A program made the position numbers and the translations under genes. Of a stretch of DNA of 14,585 nt, positions 1 through 7,199 are shown in pieces. The notes beneath the pieces are model-generated. The model made no database searches, was not told the DNA's origin, and was given only the letters and a program-made list of their open reading frames with translations. Each line of letters starts with the position of its first letter. Within the stretch, counting starts at the first letter, position 1. The DNA comes from a virus, in UHGV virus genome UHGV-0166592, one strand, 5' to 3'.

Positions 1-49
1 GTCGCACAGCTCAACGTGCGGATGTTTACCTAAAGAAAATGTCGCCATG

Positions 50-916
50 TTACTCACCCTGTGGATCATGATATTCAACGCACGCCTGTAGCGTGTTTTC
101 AATCAGCGTGGCAACCGTCATCGGGCCAACGCCGCCCGGAACAGGCGTAATGTATGAGGCGCGTTTAGCCGCGTCTTCAAACACGACGTCGCCCACAACT
201 TTGCCATTTTCCAGACGGTTGATGCCGACATCAATCACAATTGCGCCTTCTTTGATCCAGTCACCAGGAATAAAGCCCGGCTTGCCGACGGCAACGATCA
301 GTAGATCGGCATTTTCTACGTGGTGACGCAGATTTTTAGTGAAACGGTGGGTCACGGTAGTGGTGCAACCTGCCAGCAGCAGTTCCATGCTCATTGGGCG
401 ACCGACGATATTCGATGCGCCAATCACCACGGCGTTAAGGCCAAAGGTATCAATGTTGTAACGCTCAAGCAGCGTGACGATACCGCGCGGGGTGCAGGGA
501 CGCAGACGTGGCGCGCGCTGGCACAGGCGACCGACGTTGTAAGGATGGAAACCGTCCACGTCTTTGTCCGGATGAATACGTTCCAGCACTTTGACGTTAT
601 CAATACCCGCCGGTAACGGCAGTTGAACCAGAATGCCATCAATGGTGTTGTCGGCATTCAGCGCATCGATAAGCTCCAGCAGCTCCGCTTCGCTGGTGGT
701 TTCCGGGAGGTCATAAGAGCGGGAGACGAACCCGACTTCTTCACAAGCCTTGCGTTTGCTTGCGACATAAATTTGCGATGCAGGGTTGCTACCCACCAGC
801 ACAACGGCCAGTCCTGGCGCCCGCAGTCCGGCTGCAATACGCGCCTGAACTTTTTGAGCAACTTCAGAGCGCACCTGCTGCGCAATCGTTTTACCGTCAA
901 TAATCTTTGCTGCCAT
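50..916 (-). CDS. folD: Bifunctional 5,10-methylene-tetrahydrofolate dehydrogenase / 5,10-methenyl-tetrahydrofolate cyclohydrolase FolD
   Basis: 288-aa ORF, ATG at 916..914, TAA at 52..50. The translation ([19 protein letters not shown] ... [16 protein letters not shown]) matches my recollection of E. coli FolD almost residue for residue. Confidence 0.95.
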
Positions 917-1127
917 CAGAGAGAGGATTCCATCTGTTACGTAGGTCGAAGGGGATGTGTCTATTTTGTCAGAAGCGTGGCGCGCTGTCAGTTTTCGTTT
1001 TCTGAAAAGTAAAACCTTCTGTACCTGGCTGATTCACACCTATCATGATAACCGTCGTTGGTTTGCCGCCATAGTGAGCTACATCAGATGCGGTCGTACA
1101 CTTGTTCAGCAACTGGTTCAAAAGCCA

Positions 1128-1155
1128 TTGACTCAGCAAGGGTTGACCGTATAAT
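1128..1155 (+). promoter_or_regulatory. Candidate sigma70 promoter of the tRNA-Arg gene
   Basis: -35 TTGACT (1128..1133), 16-nt spacer, perfect -10 TATAAT (1150..1155), about 30 nt upstream of the mature tRNA 5' end at 1187. Confidence 0.55.
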
Positions 1156-1186
1156 TCACGCGATTACAGCACACCGTGGTATCAAT

Positions 1187-1263
1187 GCGCCCTTAGCTCA
1201 GTTGGATAGAGCAACGACCTTCTAAGTCGTGGGCCGCAGGTTCGAATCCTGCAGGGCGCGCCA
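1187..1263 (+). tRNA. argU: tRNA-Arg (anticodon UCU)
   Basis: 77-nt sequence GCGCCCTTAGCTCAGTTGGATAGAGCAACGACCTTCTAAGTCGTGGGCCGCAGGTTCGAATCCTGCAGGGCGCGCCA. It has a cloverleaf-compatible acceptor stem, a TCT anticodon in the CTTCTAA loop, a GGTTCGAATCC T-arm and encoded CCA. I recall argU as a lambdoid (DLP12-type) integration site. Confidence 0.95.
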
Positions 1264-1278
1264 TTACAATTCAATCAG

Positions 1279-2442
1279 TTACGCCTTCTTTATATCCTCC
1301 ATAATTCCAGAGTGGGACATATTTGGGACATTATCACCAAAAATGTCGTCTATTTTCCTCGCATGCTCTGTCAAATGATTAGGCGCAAGGTGAGCATACC
1401 TACGAACCATTTCTATGGACTCCCATCCGCCCATTTCCTGAAGCACTGATAATGGGACGCCTGACTGAATCAGCCAGCTTGCCCAGGTGTGTCTGAGGTC
1501 ATGGAAACGGAAATCTTCAATTCCTGCACGACGACAAGCTGATAGCCATGATGTCTTGCTGTCGATGCGCATCTTCCTGACCGCAGGCGTTGATGTTCCA
1601 TCTGCTCGCTTAGCCGCCTTGGTATGTACAAACACCCATTTGTGATGCTTGCCTATTTGATCACGCAACACTTTACAGGCGGTATCGTTCAGCGCCACAC
1701 CAATGGCGCGGTTTGATTTGCTCTCTTCTGGATTCACCCAGGCAACTCGTCGCTGCATGTCGATTTGTTGCCATTCCAGATTTATGATGTTCGACTTTCT
1801 CAGACCAGTTGCCAGCGCAAACTTGACGACAGATTTCAGTGGTTCGGGGCACTCATCAATAAGGCGTTTTGCTTCCTCCTTTTCCAGCCATCTGACTCGC
1901 TTGTTTCTGACCGCTGGTATCTTGATGACAGGCGCTTTTTCCAGCCACTTCCAGTCGCGTTCTGCAGCACGGAGAATGGCCTTTATCATGGCAAGATGCT
2001 TTGCCTTTGTCTGAGTTGATACTGGCTTTGGTTCATAAACAGGCGGTTCTTTACCTTTCCTGATGGCGGCCCGAACTTTCTGTTTCCATATTTCTTTCGT
2101 CTTTCTGTTATGCATTCTGCTTACAGCAGAGTAAATCTTTGCCTCCGAGATATCTTTAAGCCTTATACCCTCAAAATGTTCAAGCCAGAACTCAATCCGG
2201 CTTTTATCTGAATCGAGAGATTTTTTATCAGCCTTTTCCTCAAGCCATCTTAGGCAGGCCTCTTCAAAAGTGACATCAGGTAAATCCCCTAGCTTTTCTA
2301 CTCGCCAGAGTTCTGCTTTTCGCTTGTCGTGCAACTCCTGAGCTTGCCGCTTGTCCTTTGTGCCAAGAGATTCCTTAATTCGTTTCCCGCCCGGGAGCGA
2401 ATACGAGGCATACCATATTTCATTTCTGCGGAAGAGTGACAT
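1279..2442 (-). CDS. int: Tyrosine-type site-specific integrase (lambdoid, IntD-like)
   Basis: 387-aa ORF with the C-terminal catalytic region [39 protein letters not shown] (R..H..R..Y signature of tyrosine recombinases). The N-terminus [31 protein letters not shown] matches my recollection of DLP12 IntD. RBS GAGGAAAG precedes the ATG at 2442. Confidence 0.95.
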   Translation of the reverse strand: MSLFRRNEIWYASYSLPGGKRIKESLGTKDKRQAQELHDKRKAELWRVEKLGDLPDVTFEEACLRWLEEKADKKSLDSDKSRIEFWLEHFEGIRLKDISEAKIYSAVSRMHNRKTKEIWKQKVRAAIRKGKEPPVYEPKPVSTQTKAKHLAMIKAILRAAERDWKWLEKAPVIKIPAVRNKRVRWLEKEEAKRLIDECPEPLKSVVKFALATGLRKSNIINLEWQQIDMQRRVAWVNPEESKSNRAIGVALNDTACKVLRDQIGKHHKWVFVHTKAAKRADGTSTPAVRKMRIDSKTSWLSACRRAGIEDFRFHDLRHTWASWLIQSGVPLSVLQEMGGWESIEMVRRYAHLAPNHLTEHARKIDDIFGDNVPNMSHSGIMEDIKKA

Positions 2443-2669
2443 TTTCTTTCCTCTGTTATGCCATCACCCGCGCTCACCTGGACAGTATGCAGCGGAGACT
2501 GAAGAGCCGCAATGCAGGCTTGTCGTGTTGTGAGGTAAGGAGATTTATTCTTAGTGGGATCTTTACGTGTTGCCTGAAGACGCCCTGTGCGTATCCAGTT
2601 AATGGCAGTCGGTCTGGATATCTTGAGAAAATGACAGGCCTCATCGAGTGTGAGGCTGTATGGCTCCAT
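2298..2669 (-). CDS. xis: Excisionase-family DNA-binding protein (Xis/AlpA-like HTH)
   Basis: Start chosen at the internal ATG 2669..2667 ([37 protein letters not shown]...), preceded by GAGGTG and overlapping the upstream stop as TAATG. The reading frame has no stop until 2298, so it runs 145 bp into int in another frame; the true C-terminus is uncertain. Confidence 0.55.
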   Translation of the reverse strand: MEPYSLTLDEACHFLKISRPTAINWIRTGRLQATRKDPTKNKSPYLTTRQACIAALQSPLHTVQVSAGDGITEERKCHSSAEMKYGMPRIRSRAGNELRNLLAQRTSGKLRSCTTSEKQNSGE

Positions 2670-2974
2670 TATTTCACCTCTTGTTGTGACATTGTTGAAA
2701 AATGGATACCAGCTCGTTGCTGCCAGACGATCCAACCGAGAGTCATATCCCATGCCATGTATTCGTTATCGCCGTTTTTTGCTCTCCGACGATCTACTAA
2801 GTCACCGAAACGCTTTTCCATGAATAATTCATAAGCTTCGCGTTCATCTGGTTCTACTTCCAGAGATAGGAGTGCGATTTCATAAGCACGGCGCTCAATA
2901 TCGTCTCGCACGTCAAGGCTGCTGATACGCTCTTTAATTTCTTTAATCAGTTCTTTGTCGGTAAAAGTGGTCAT
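2669..2974 (-). CDS. YfdT-like prophage protein, function unknown
   Basis: 101-aa ORF, translationally coupled at both ends (TAATG overlaps). The length and position match my recollection of the CPS-53 yfdP-yfdT block (YfdT is 101 aa). Confidence 0.65.
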   Translation of the reverse strand: MTTFTDKELIKEIKERISSLDVRDDIERRAYEIALLSLEVEPDEREAYELFMEKRFGDLVDRRRAKNGDNEYMAWDMTLGWIVWQQRAGIHFSTMSQQEVK

Positions 2975-3336
2975 TATGCTCCAGCCTCCGGTGCTTTTGG
3001 CATTACTGCCCAGTGAGTGATATTGACGTTTTCAAGGTCCCCGACCTGAAATGTCCACTGCCATTCTCCGGTTTCTTTTTGTCCCCAGGTGTACCAGAGA
3101 GAACGCCAGCCAATCAGCCAGCCTTCTCCATTAGCATCAAATAACAGAACACTTTCATTTGCTGGCGGCAGTTCAGCTGACACTGGTATTACTTTGTTTT
3201 CCAGTGCTGTACATTTAGCTTCAAGCGCATCGAATTTACGTACCAGGTATTCAGCATCTGTTTCATTCACTTTCAGATCTCGCGGTACACATCTCCCACG
3301 AAGAAACCCTTCCATTTCGAAAACATTCATGCGCAT
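2974..3336 (-). CDS. YfdS-like protein (DUF551-like C-terminus)
   Basis: 120-aa ORF. The C-terminal ...NITHWAVMPKAPEA resembles the W-x-P-x-P end I associate with DUF551 phage proteins. Its start overlaps the stop of the upstream HD-domain gene. Confidence 0.65.
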   Translation of the reverse strand: MRMNVFEMEGFLRGRCVPRDLKVNETDAEYLVRKFDALEAKCTALENKVIPVSAELPPANESVLLFDANGEGWLIGWRSLWYTWGQKETGEWQWTFQVGDLENVNITHWAVMPKAPEAGA

Positions 3337-3863
3337 TTGCGTAACTCCGATAAATCGTTAAAACGTTCCATAAACATCCCGTAGGCATGACCCGGTGCCA
3401 GTGGAATCACGTTGAACATCTCTGTTGCCGGGATGCCTTCCAGTACAGGCCAGAAAGAGCCATCATCAAGCCCGAGATCGCGGCGTTCGGTTGCCAGCAT
3501 AATGAGATCGGCATATTTCACTGGCGTGCTCATAACAGGAGGTAACCCGTATTTCTCACGGATTACGGCGTCTATTTTTTCTTCCATACGTTTATAGTCA
3601 GGAAGAAGTCGTTTCAGTGGTGCGGGGATGTCCTGGCAATATGCTTCTGTTGCATCATGCATTAAAGCTTCAAAAGCAAATTCCTGCGGCACCAGCTGGC
3701 TGCAAAGAACCGCATGTTGGGCGACGCTGTAGAAGTGCGAAAGATGACCGGCAAAGCGACAGATATTTGAAAGGGAAACCGCGATATCGTTAATAACGAT
3801 GTCGTCTTTATTTATCCTGTCATAATAAAAATGCTTCCCGGAAAAAGTTTTAATAAATGACAT
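3327..3863 (-). CDS. yfdR: HD-domain phosphohydrolase, YfdR-like (5'-nucleotidase family)
   Basis: Start placed at ATG 3863..3861 (MSFIKTFSGKHFYYD...), which has RBS GGAGAA 5 nt upstream and gives 178 aa. The ORF-track start at 3890 is a GTG. Carries an HD-type metal-binding region (NICRFAGHLSHFYSVAQHAVL ... LMHDATEAY). Confidence 0.8.
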   Translation of the reverse strand: MSFIKTFSGKHFYYDRINKDDIVINDIAVSLSNICRFAGHLSHFYSVAQHAVLCSQLVPQEFAFEALMHDATEAYCQDIPAPLKRLLPDYKRMEEKIDAVIREKYGLPPVMSTPVKYADLIMLATERRDLGLDDGSFWPVLEGIPATEMFNVIPLAPGHAYGMFMERFNDLSELRKCA

Positions 3864-3956
3864 TTTGTTCTCCACGTATATGCACTGCACCGCGCTGAAT
3901 TCTGGTAAAAGGAAGCCCTAACCATCCGGTGATTATTGAGTTAATTACGTTTCCAT

Positions 3957-3978
3957 AAATGCCCCCGCAGGGGCATTT
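3957..3978. repeat. Perfect 9-bp inverted repeat AAATGCCCC-CGCA-GGGGCATTT between the yfdQ-like and yfdR-like genes
   Basis: Arms 3957..3965 and 3970..3978 are exact reverse complements. No U-run follows on either strand, so it is not a classic intrinsic terminator. Confidence 0.6.
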
Positions 3979-3990
3979 GCAGTAATGAAA

Positions 3991-4815
3991 TCAGGCGGTG
4001 AAAGTACCAATAAAGGTTTCTACTTTGCTGTCTTTGAATTTCTCAACAAGCAGATCACGAAATTCGTTAGCCATTTCTTCCTGCACCGCTTCCAGCTGAA
4101 TAATGCGCAGAACCAGTACAGGACGATCGCCAGTGATAATGCTGAGGCGTAATTTAAACGGACGTTCTTTCAGACCTTCAAACGGAACGCATTTAAATTC
4201 AAATGCCACTGGCATAATGTCTTTGGTCTTCGCTTCGACAGACTCCATCAGGGAGCGTTTGCCGCTGAAGTCATTATCTTCAAAATCAGCGGTCTGGTTT
4301 GCTTCAATCGTGATTTTACGGACTGCCGCAGCCGCTTTTGTTGCTTGAATGGCGTCACCATTAGCATCAAAGCCCACAAGGTAGTCGGCCCAGTCTTCGA
4401 TCCATTCTGCCAGTGACTTCTGGGAGTTACGCTCGCCGTTAACAGACAACAGAGCAGAGAACGGTGCTGTCTTTTTCAGTTTGAGAGTGGCAGTGTTATC
4501 TGCGTGACCTGGTTCATCAATAGTACCCAGGTTAAGCACACTGACGGCTCGCATATTATCGGCATCGATAAAGCAGCGGGTGCCTTCATCTGCAAGATCT
4601 TTAGAATAACGGGTAAAGTCATCGATGCTGGCAGTGGAAAGCGCACCACGGAAACGGAAGCGATTTAAATTAAATTTTTCCAGATCATGAATGCGGAAAT
4701 TCTCAGGCAATGCCACAGCATCGGCACCAATCTTACTGATAATTTCATTAACACCCTGAGCAGAAATAAGGGCATGGATTTGATTAATTGCGGTTGCGTC
4801 TAAGTTCTGAGACAT
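3991..4815 (-). CDS. yfdQ: YfdQ-like protein (DUF2303-type), function unknown
   Basis: 274-aa ORF with RBS GAGGA 7 nt upstream of ATG 4815; the length and translation fit my recollection of CPS-53 YfdQ. Confidence 0.75.
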   Translation of the reverse strand: MSQNLDATAINQIHALISAQGVNEIISKIGADAVALPENFRIHDLEKFNLNRFRFRGALSTASIDDFTRYSKDLADEGTRCFIDADNMRAVSVLNLGTIDEPGHADNTATLKLKKTAPFSALLSVNGERNSQKSLAEWIEDWADYLVGFDANGDAIQATKAAAAVRKITIEANQTADFEDNDFSGKRSLMESVEAKTKDIMPVAFEFKCVPFEGLKERPFKLRLSIITGDRPVLVLRIIQLEAVQEEMANEFRDLLVEKFKDSKVETFIGTFTA

Positions 4816-4880
4816 AATAAGTCCTCACTATATAAAGATATTCAGTGATGAGATAAATAATCAGTTTATTAAGAACGATA

Positions 4881-5243
4881 TTAATGACCTGCTGCGCGTA
4901 GTTTTCCGTCAGGTTCACCGGCAAGAGTCAGTAATTGTCCCTGGTCTTCCTGCAGAATAGTCAGGCGACCACCGCGATTGACATACATCGGCGTTTCGGT
5001 GGTGTCTTCTTCGGAAATTTTCCCGCGGTTAGTTGGGCGAACATATGAGAGTTTGTGTTTGATTTTCACACGGTTCTCATCAAACGGTTCGATTTCCAGA
5101 TTGAGTGAGACCTTCCCTTTGGTTTTCGTGTTCATCACACCGGAAGCGACCTCACTGAGAACTGCGCCGATTTTGGTTTCAAATACGCCGCCGTCCAGCT
5201 CCCCGATAAATGCCTGCACATCAGTACTGCGTTCGCTAGCCAT
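4881..5243 (-). CDS. YfdP-like protein, function unknown
   Basis: Start placed at ATG 5243..5241 (MASERSTDVQAFIGELDGG...), which has a strong RBS GAGGAG 6 nt upstream and gives 120 aa. The upstream extension of the ORF track to 5408 lacks an RBS. Confidence 0.65.
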   Translation of the reverse strand: MASERSTDVQAFIGELDGGVFETKIGAVLSEVASGVMNTKTKGKVSLNLEIEPFDENRVKIKHKLSYVRPTNRGKISEEDTTETPMYVNRGGRLTILQEDQGQLLTLAGEPDGKLRAAGH

Positions 5244-5292
5244 TTTGCTGCTCCTCATCATATCGACCCTGCAAGGTCGGTTGGTTTCTCCA

Positions 5293-5379
5293 CAAAACAG
5301 AGAAGAACACCTGCGGTGGCAGCCGCCCGGATGGATTGGGTTATGAGCCCGTCGTCCGGTGATGCTCTTCTCTGTTTTG
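5293..5379. repeat. Long inverted repeat: 14-bp arms CAAAACAGAGAAGA / TCTTCTCTGTTTTG separated by 59 nt
   Basis: Arms 5293..5306 and 5366..5379 are exact reverse complements. It lies in the 5' leader of the yfdP-like gene on the minus strand. Confidence 0.75.
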
Positions 5380-5380
5380 C

Positions 5381-5432
5381 AAAAAAGGACGGTACCAGCC
5401 GGAAGCAAGGGTACAAACTGGTACCGCCAGGA
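5381..5432 (-). terminator. Candidate intrinsic terminator in the left-operon leader
   Basis: On the minus-strand RNA a 9-bp stem (CGGUACCAG / CUGGUACCG, arms 5418..5426 and 5390..5398, extendable to 11 bp with one G-U pair) is followed by UCC and then UUUUUU (complement of 5381..5386). The 19-nt loop is larger than typical. Confidence 0.4.
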
Positions 5433-5645
5433 CTACACACAGCATAAAGTTGTGGTGCCGGGTGCCTCCCGGTGCCTGGCGAAGGTTGCACACCAGGCGG
5501 GTGGGTATCCACAGAAGGTCGACTGTCAGCCTCAACCTTAACCCGCGTGCGCTGAGCCGCATTCACCACAACGCTAAGGATTCTCTCTGGTTGAAAATAC
5601 TTAGCTGTTATGTGCCTGCTTTTAGCCACATCAGGCGAGGTGGAC

Positions 5646-5697
5646 CTGGTTATTCCCCAACAACAAGGATTCGGTTAATCTGGTTATCCCCAACAAC
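5646..5697 (+). repeat. Two direct repeats CTGGTTAT(T)CCCCAACAAC upstream of the 144-aa gene
   Basis: Copies at 5646..5664 and 5680..5697 are identical except for one extra T and are 34 bp apart. They end 16 nt before the ATG at 5713 and are a candidate regulator-binding site. Confidence 0.6.
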
Positions 5698-5712
5698 GCA
5701 AAAGGAAAAGAA

Positions 5713-6147
5713 ATGTCCGGTAATATCTACACGCTGTACAAATCCCACTGTGAAAATGTTGGAAAGTATCGGGGCATTGAAATCAGTGGGGTAGTGTCAT
5801 CAGTCGAAATAAGCAAAGTGGAATCAAGGGCAACATTACTTACTCTTCTGGACCTTGTCTTACATGAGCACCGGAAGAAATTCGGTACTCCCTATAATCA
5901 GTTGAATGGGAAAAAGGCTCTGGTTCACCTTATTCTGATGAAGCATCACTGGATGCCAAAACAGATTAATGAGATGAAATTTGATGAACTTCTTCTTTCA
6001 ATTCAGGATGAACTCACACTTGATAAAATAAGCGTAACCGCCCAGAAATTTTTAGATTATCGAGACTGGAGATCACAAATTCATCACTTTGATGATTTTG
6101 ACGAAAATGAATGGGATCCTAATTTGTCTGCACAATATCTAAAGTAA
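5713..6147 (+). CDS. Hypothetical 144-aa protein; AT-rich cargo gene in reverse orientation
   Basis: 435-nt ORF in an AT-rich segment, with RBS AAAGGAAAAG before ATG 5713. A 144-codon ORF in AT-rich DNA is unlikely by chance. I recognise no family. Confidence 0.6.
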   Translation: MSGNIYTLYKSHCENVGKYRGIEISGVVSSVEISKVESRATLLTLLDLVLHEHRKKFGTPYNQLNGKKALVHLILMKHHWMPKQINEMKFDELLLSIQDELTLDKISVTAQKFLDYRDWRSQIHHFDDFDENEWDPNLSAQYLK

Positions 6148-6325
6148 CATCCTGTGATAAAACCGTGATTTCCTGATCCAGTTTTTTTAAGGAGTCTATT
6201 GTTTCCTGTCGATAAGACAGCACTTCACGAAGCTGGTTTATAGCTGCCAGCTTCTTTGTCATCCGCTCATAAATTTCCTCATCTGTGTAGCCAGGCGCGA
6301 CGATTTTGGGTTCTGTTTTGTGCAT
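6119..6325 (-). CDS. Hypothetical 68-aa protein; candidate first gene of the leftward early operon
   Basis: ATG 6325..6323 with RBS GAGGAG 7 nt upstream; codon usage looks E. coli-like. Its 3' end overlaps the 144-aa gene convergently by 29 nt. No arginine-rich motif, so it is not an obvious N homologue. Confidence 0.4.
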   Translation of the reverse strand: MHKTEPKIVAPGYTDEEIYERMTKKLAAINQLREVLSYRQETIDSLKKLDQEITVLSQDVTLDIVQTN

Positions 6326-6370
6326 TTCACATCTCCTCAAGTTATCAGTTACTTGTTGATGGGGACCAGA

Positions 6371-6383
6371 TTGTTAAAGAGCT
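6371..6383 (-). promoter_or_regulatory. boxA-like antitermination element (minus-strand RNA AGCUCUUUAACAA)
   Basis: The 12-mer GCTCTTTAACAA on the minus strand is identical to the rrn/consensus boxA core as I recall it (TGCTCTTTAACAA). It lies directly 3' of a hairpin and 45 nt upstream of the RBS of the 68-aa ORF. Confidence 0.45.
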
Positions 6384-6410
6384 AAGCGTCCTGTAGGGCG
6401 CTTTTTTGTT
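6384..6410 (+). terminator. Intrinsic terminator on the plus strand, downstream of the 144-aa gene
   Basis: Stem GCGTCC / GGGCGC (6386..6391 and 6396..6401, one G-U pair), loop TGTA, then TTTTTTGTT (6402..6410). The same hairpin on the minus-strand RNA sits immediately 5' of the boxA-like element. Confidence 0.6.
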
Positions 6411-6490
6411 GCTAACGAATCACCCTAGACTTTATATGCCCCAGGCGGCTACTTCGTGGGCGTCCTGCCTGTTCGTTATCTTTGATATAA

Positions 6491-6519
6491 AATCTAACTT
6501 AACTTAGTTATTATGGCAA
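6491..6519 (-). promoter_or_regulatory. Candidate pL-like promoter with overlapping operator-like palindrome
   Basis: On the minus strand: -35 TTGCCA (6519..6514), 17-nt spacer, -10 TAGATT (6496..6491). The near-palindrome CTAACTTAACTTAG (6494..6507) overlaps the spacer and -10 and resembles the OR palindrome at 7222..7235. Further CTTAG copies lie at 6539, 6552 and 6572. Confidence 0.35.
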
Positions 6520-6572
6520 GAGAAAACACCAAACTTTTCTTAGTTCGGTGCCTTAGTTAGAGAAGAGAGGTC

Positions 6573-7199
6573 TTAGAGTTCGTATTGAACTCCTTTGACT
6601 ACACCAATGATAAGGCAATTACCATTGATAGGGATGTTGGGATACCGAGGATTTAATGGCACTAAAAACTTTTGAGGGCCATCGATGACTAATTTTTTTA
6701 CTGTAGCTTCGTTTGTTCCATCAAGTCGAGCGATGACTATTTTTCCATGACGAGGTTCTGCATCTGGATCTACAATCACTGTTGCGCCTTCTGGTATTGT
6801 TGGGAGGCCATTAGGGTTAGTCATGGAGTCACCTTTAACCTCTAATGCAAATGAGTTATCACCAATCTTTAATGATGTATCTACCCACTTGTCCACTTCA
6901 CTAAACACTTCTGCTGCCCTGCACTCAGTAAACTGCCCAGCCTGAACCCACGATATTACAGGAACTCTGCGCATGTTTGTGACGAGTTTGCCTTCAAACT
7001 CAGCACCATAAAGAATGTAATCTATTGACGTATTGAAGAACTTCGCTAATTTCGAAAGTGCCTCCCCACCAGGGGTATTGATGTCTTTCTCCCAGTACCC
7101 CACAGCAACGTCGCTTACTCCACAAAATTTACCCAATTCTTTCTGGGACGTTCCGGTAACTCTTCTCAGAGCTTTTATACGCTGACCAACCGTTTCCAT
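6573..7199 (-). CDS. cI: CI-type prophage repressor (N-terminal XRE-family HTH, C-terminal S24 LexA-like peptidase)
   Basis: 208-aa ORF. The N-terminus (QRIKALRRVTGTSQKELGKFCGVSDVAVGYWE) is an HTH; the C-terminus has the S24 Ser/Lys dyad context (GDSMTNP ... TVKKLVIDG). It is divergent from the cro-like gene. Confidence 0.9.
   Translation of the reverse strand: METVGQRIKALRRVTGTSQKELGKFCGVSDVAVGYWEKDINTPGGEALSKLAKFFNTSIDYILYGAEFEGKLVTNMRRVPVISWVQAGQFTECRAAEVFSEVDKWVDTSLKIGDNSFALEVKGDSMTNPNGLPTIPEGATVIVDPDAEPRHGKIVIARLDGTNEATVKKLVIDGPQKFLVPLNPRYPNIPINGNCLIIGVVKGVQYEL

Noticed and set aside
93-1012. Several 77 to 129-aa ORFs on both strands overlapping folD (93..326, 320..616, 424..657, 623..1012, 658..900)
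   Set aside because: They are antisense or out of frame to the strongly supported folD gene and have no RBS; they are shadow ORFs.
957-1154. 65-aa ORF in the folD-tRNA intergenic region
   Set aside because: It overlaps the tRNA promoter and has no RBS; the interval is better explained as divergent promoter space.
1703-2019. Plus-strand ORFs of 103 and 84 aa inside int
   Set aside because: They are antisense to the well-supported integrase gene, and their translations are low-complexity.
3864-3890. GTG start at 3890 for the HD-domain gene
   Set aside because: The ATG at 3863 has a well-spaced GGAGAA RBS and gives the 178-aa length I recall for YfdR.
5293-5700. Retron (msr/msd with a1/a2 repeats) or type III toxin-antitoxin RNA repeats
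   Set aside because: No reverse transcriptase gene follows, the inverted repeat encloses only 59 nt, and there are only two direct repeats rather than a multi-copy array.
5258-5794. ORFs of 60 to 123 aa on both strands in the GC-rich 5258..5794 interval
   Set aside because: They overlap in several frames, have Pro/Gly/Arg-rich translations typical of GC-rich non-coding sequence, and lack RBSs. The region is better explained by RNA structure.
6119-6340. Calling the 68-aa leftward ORF an N antiterminator
   Set aside because: It has no arginine-rich motif and is shorter than known N proteins; only its position is N-like.
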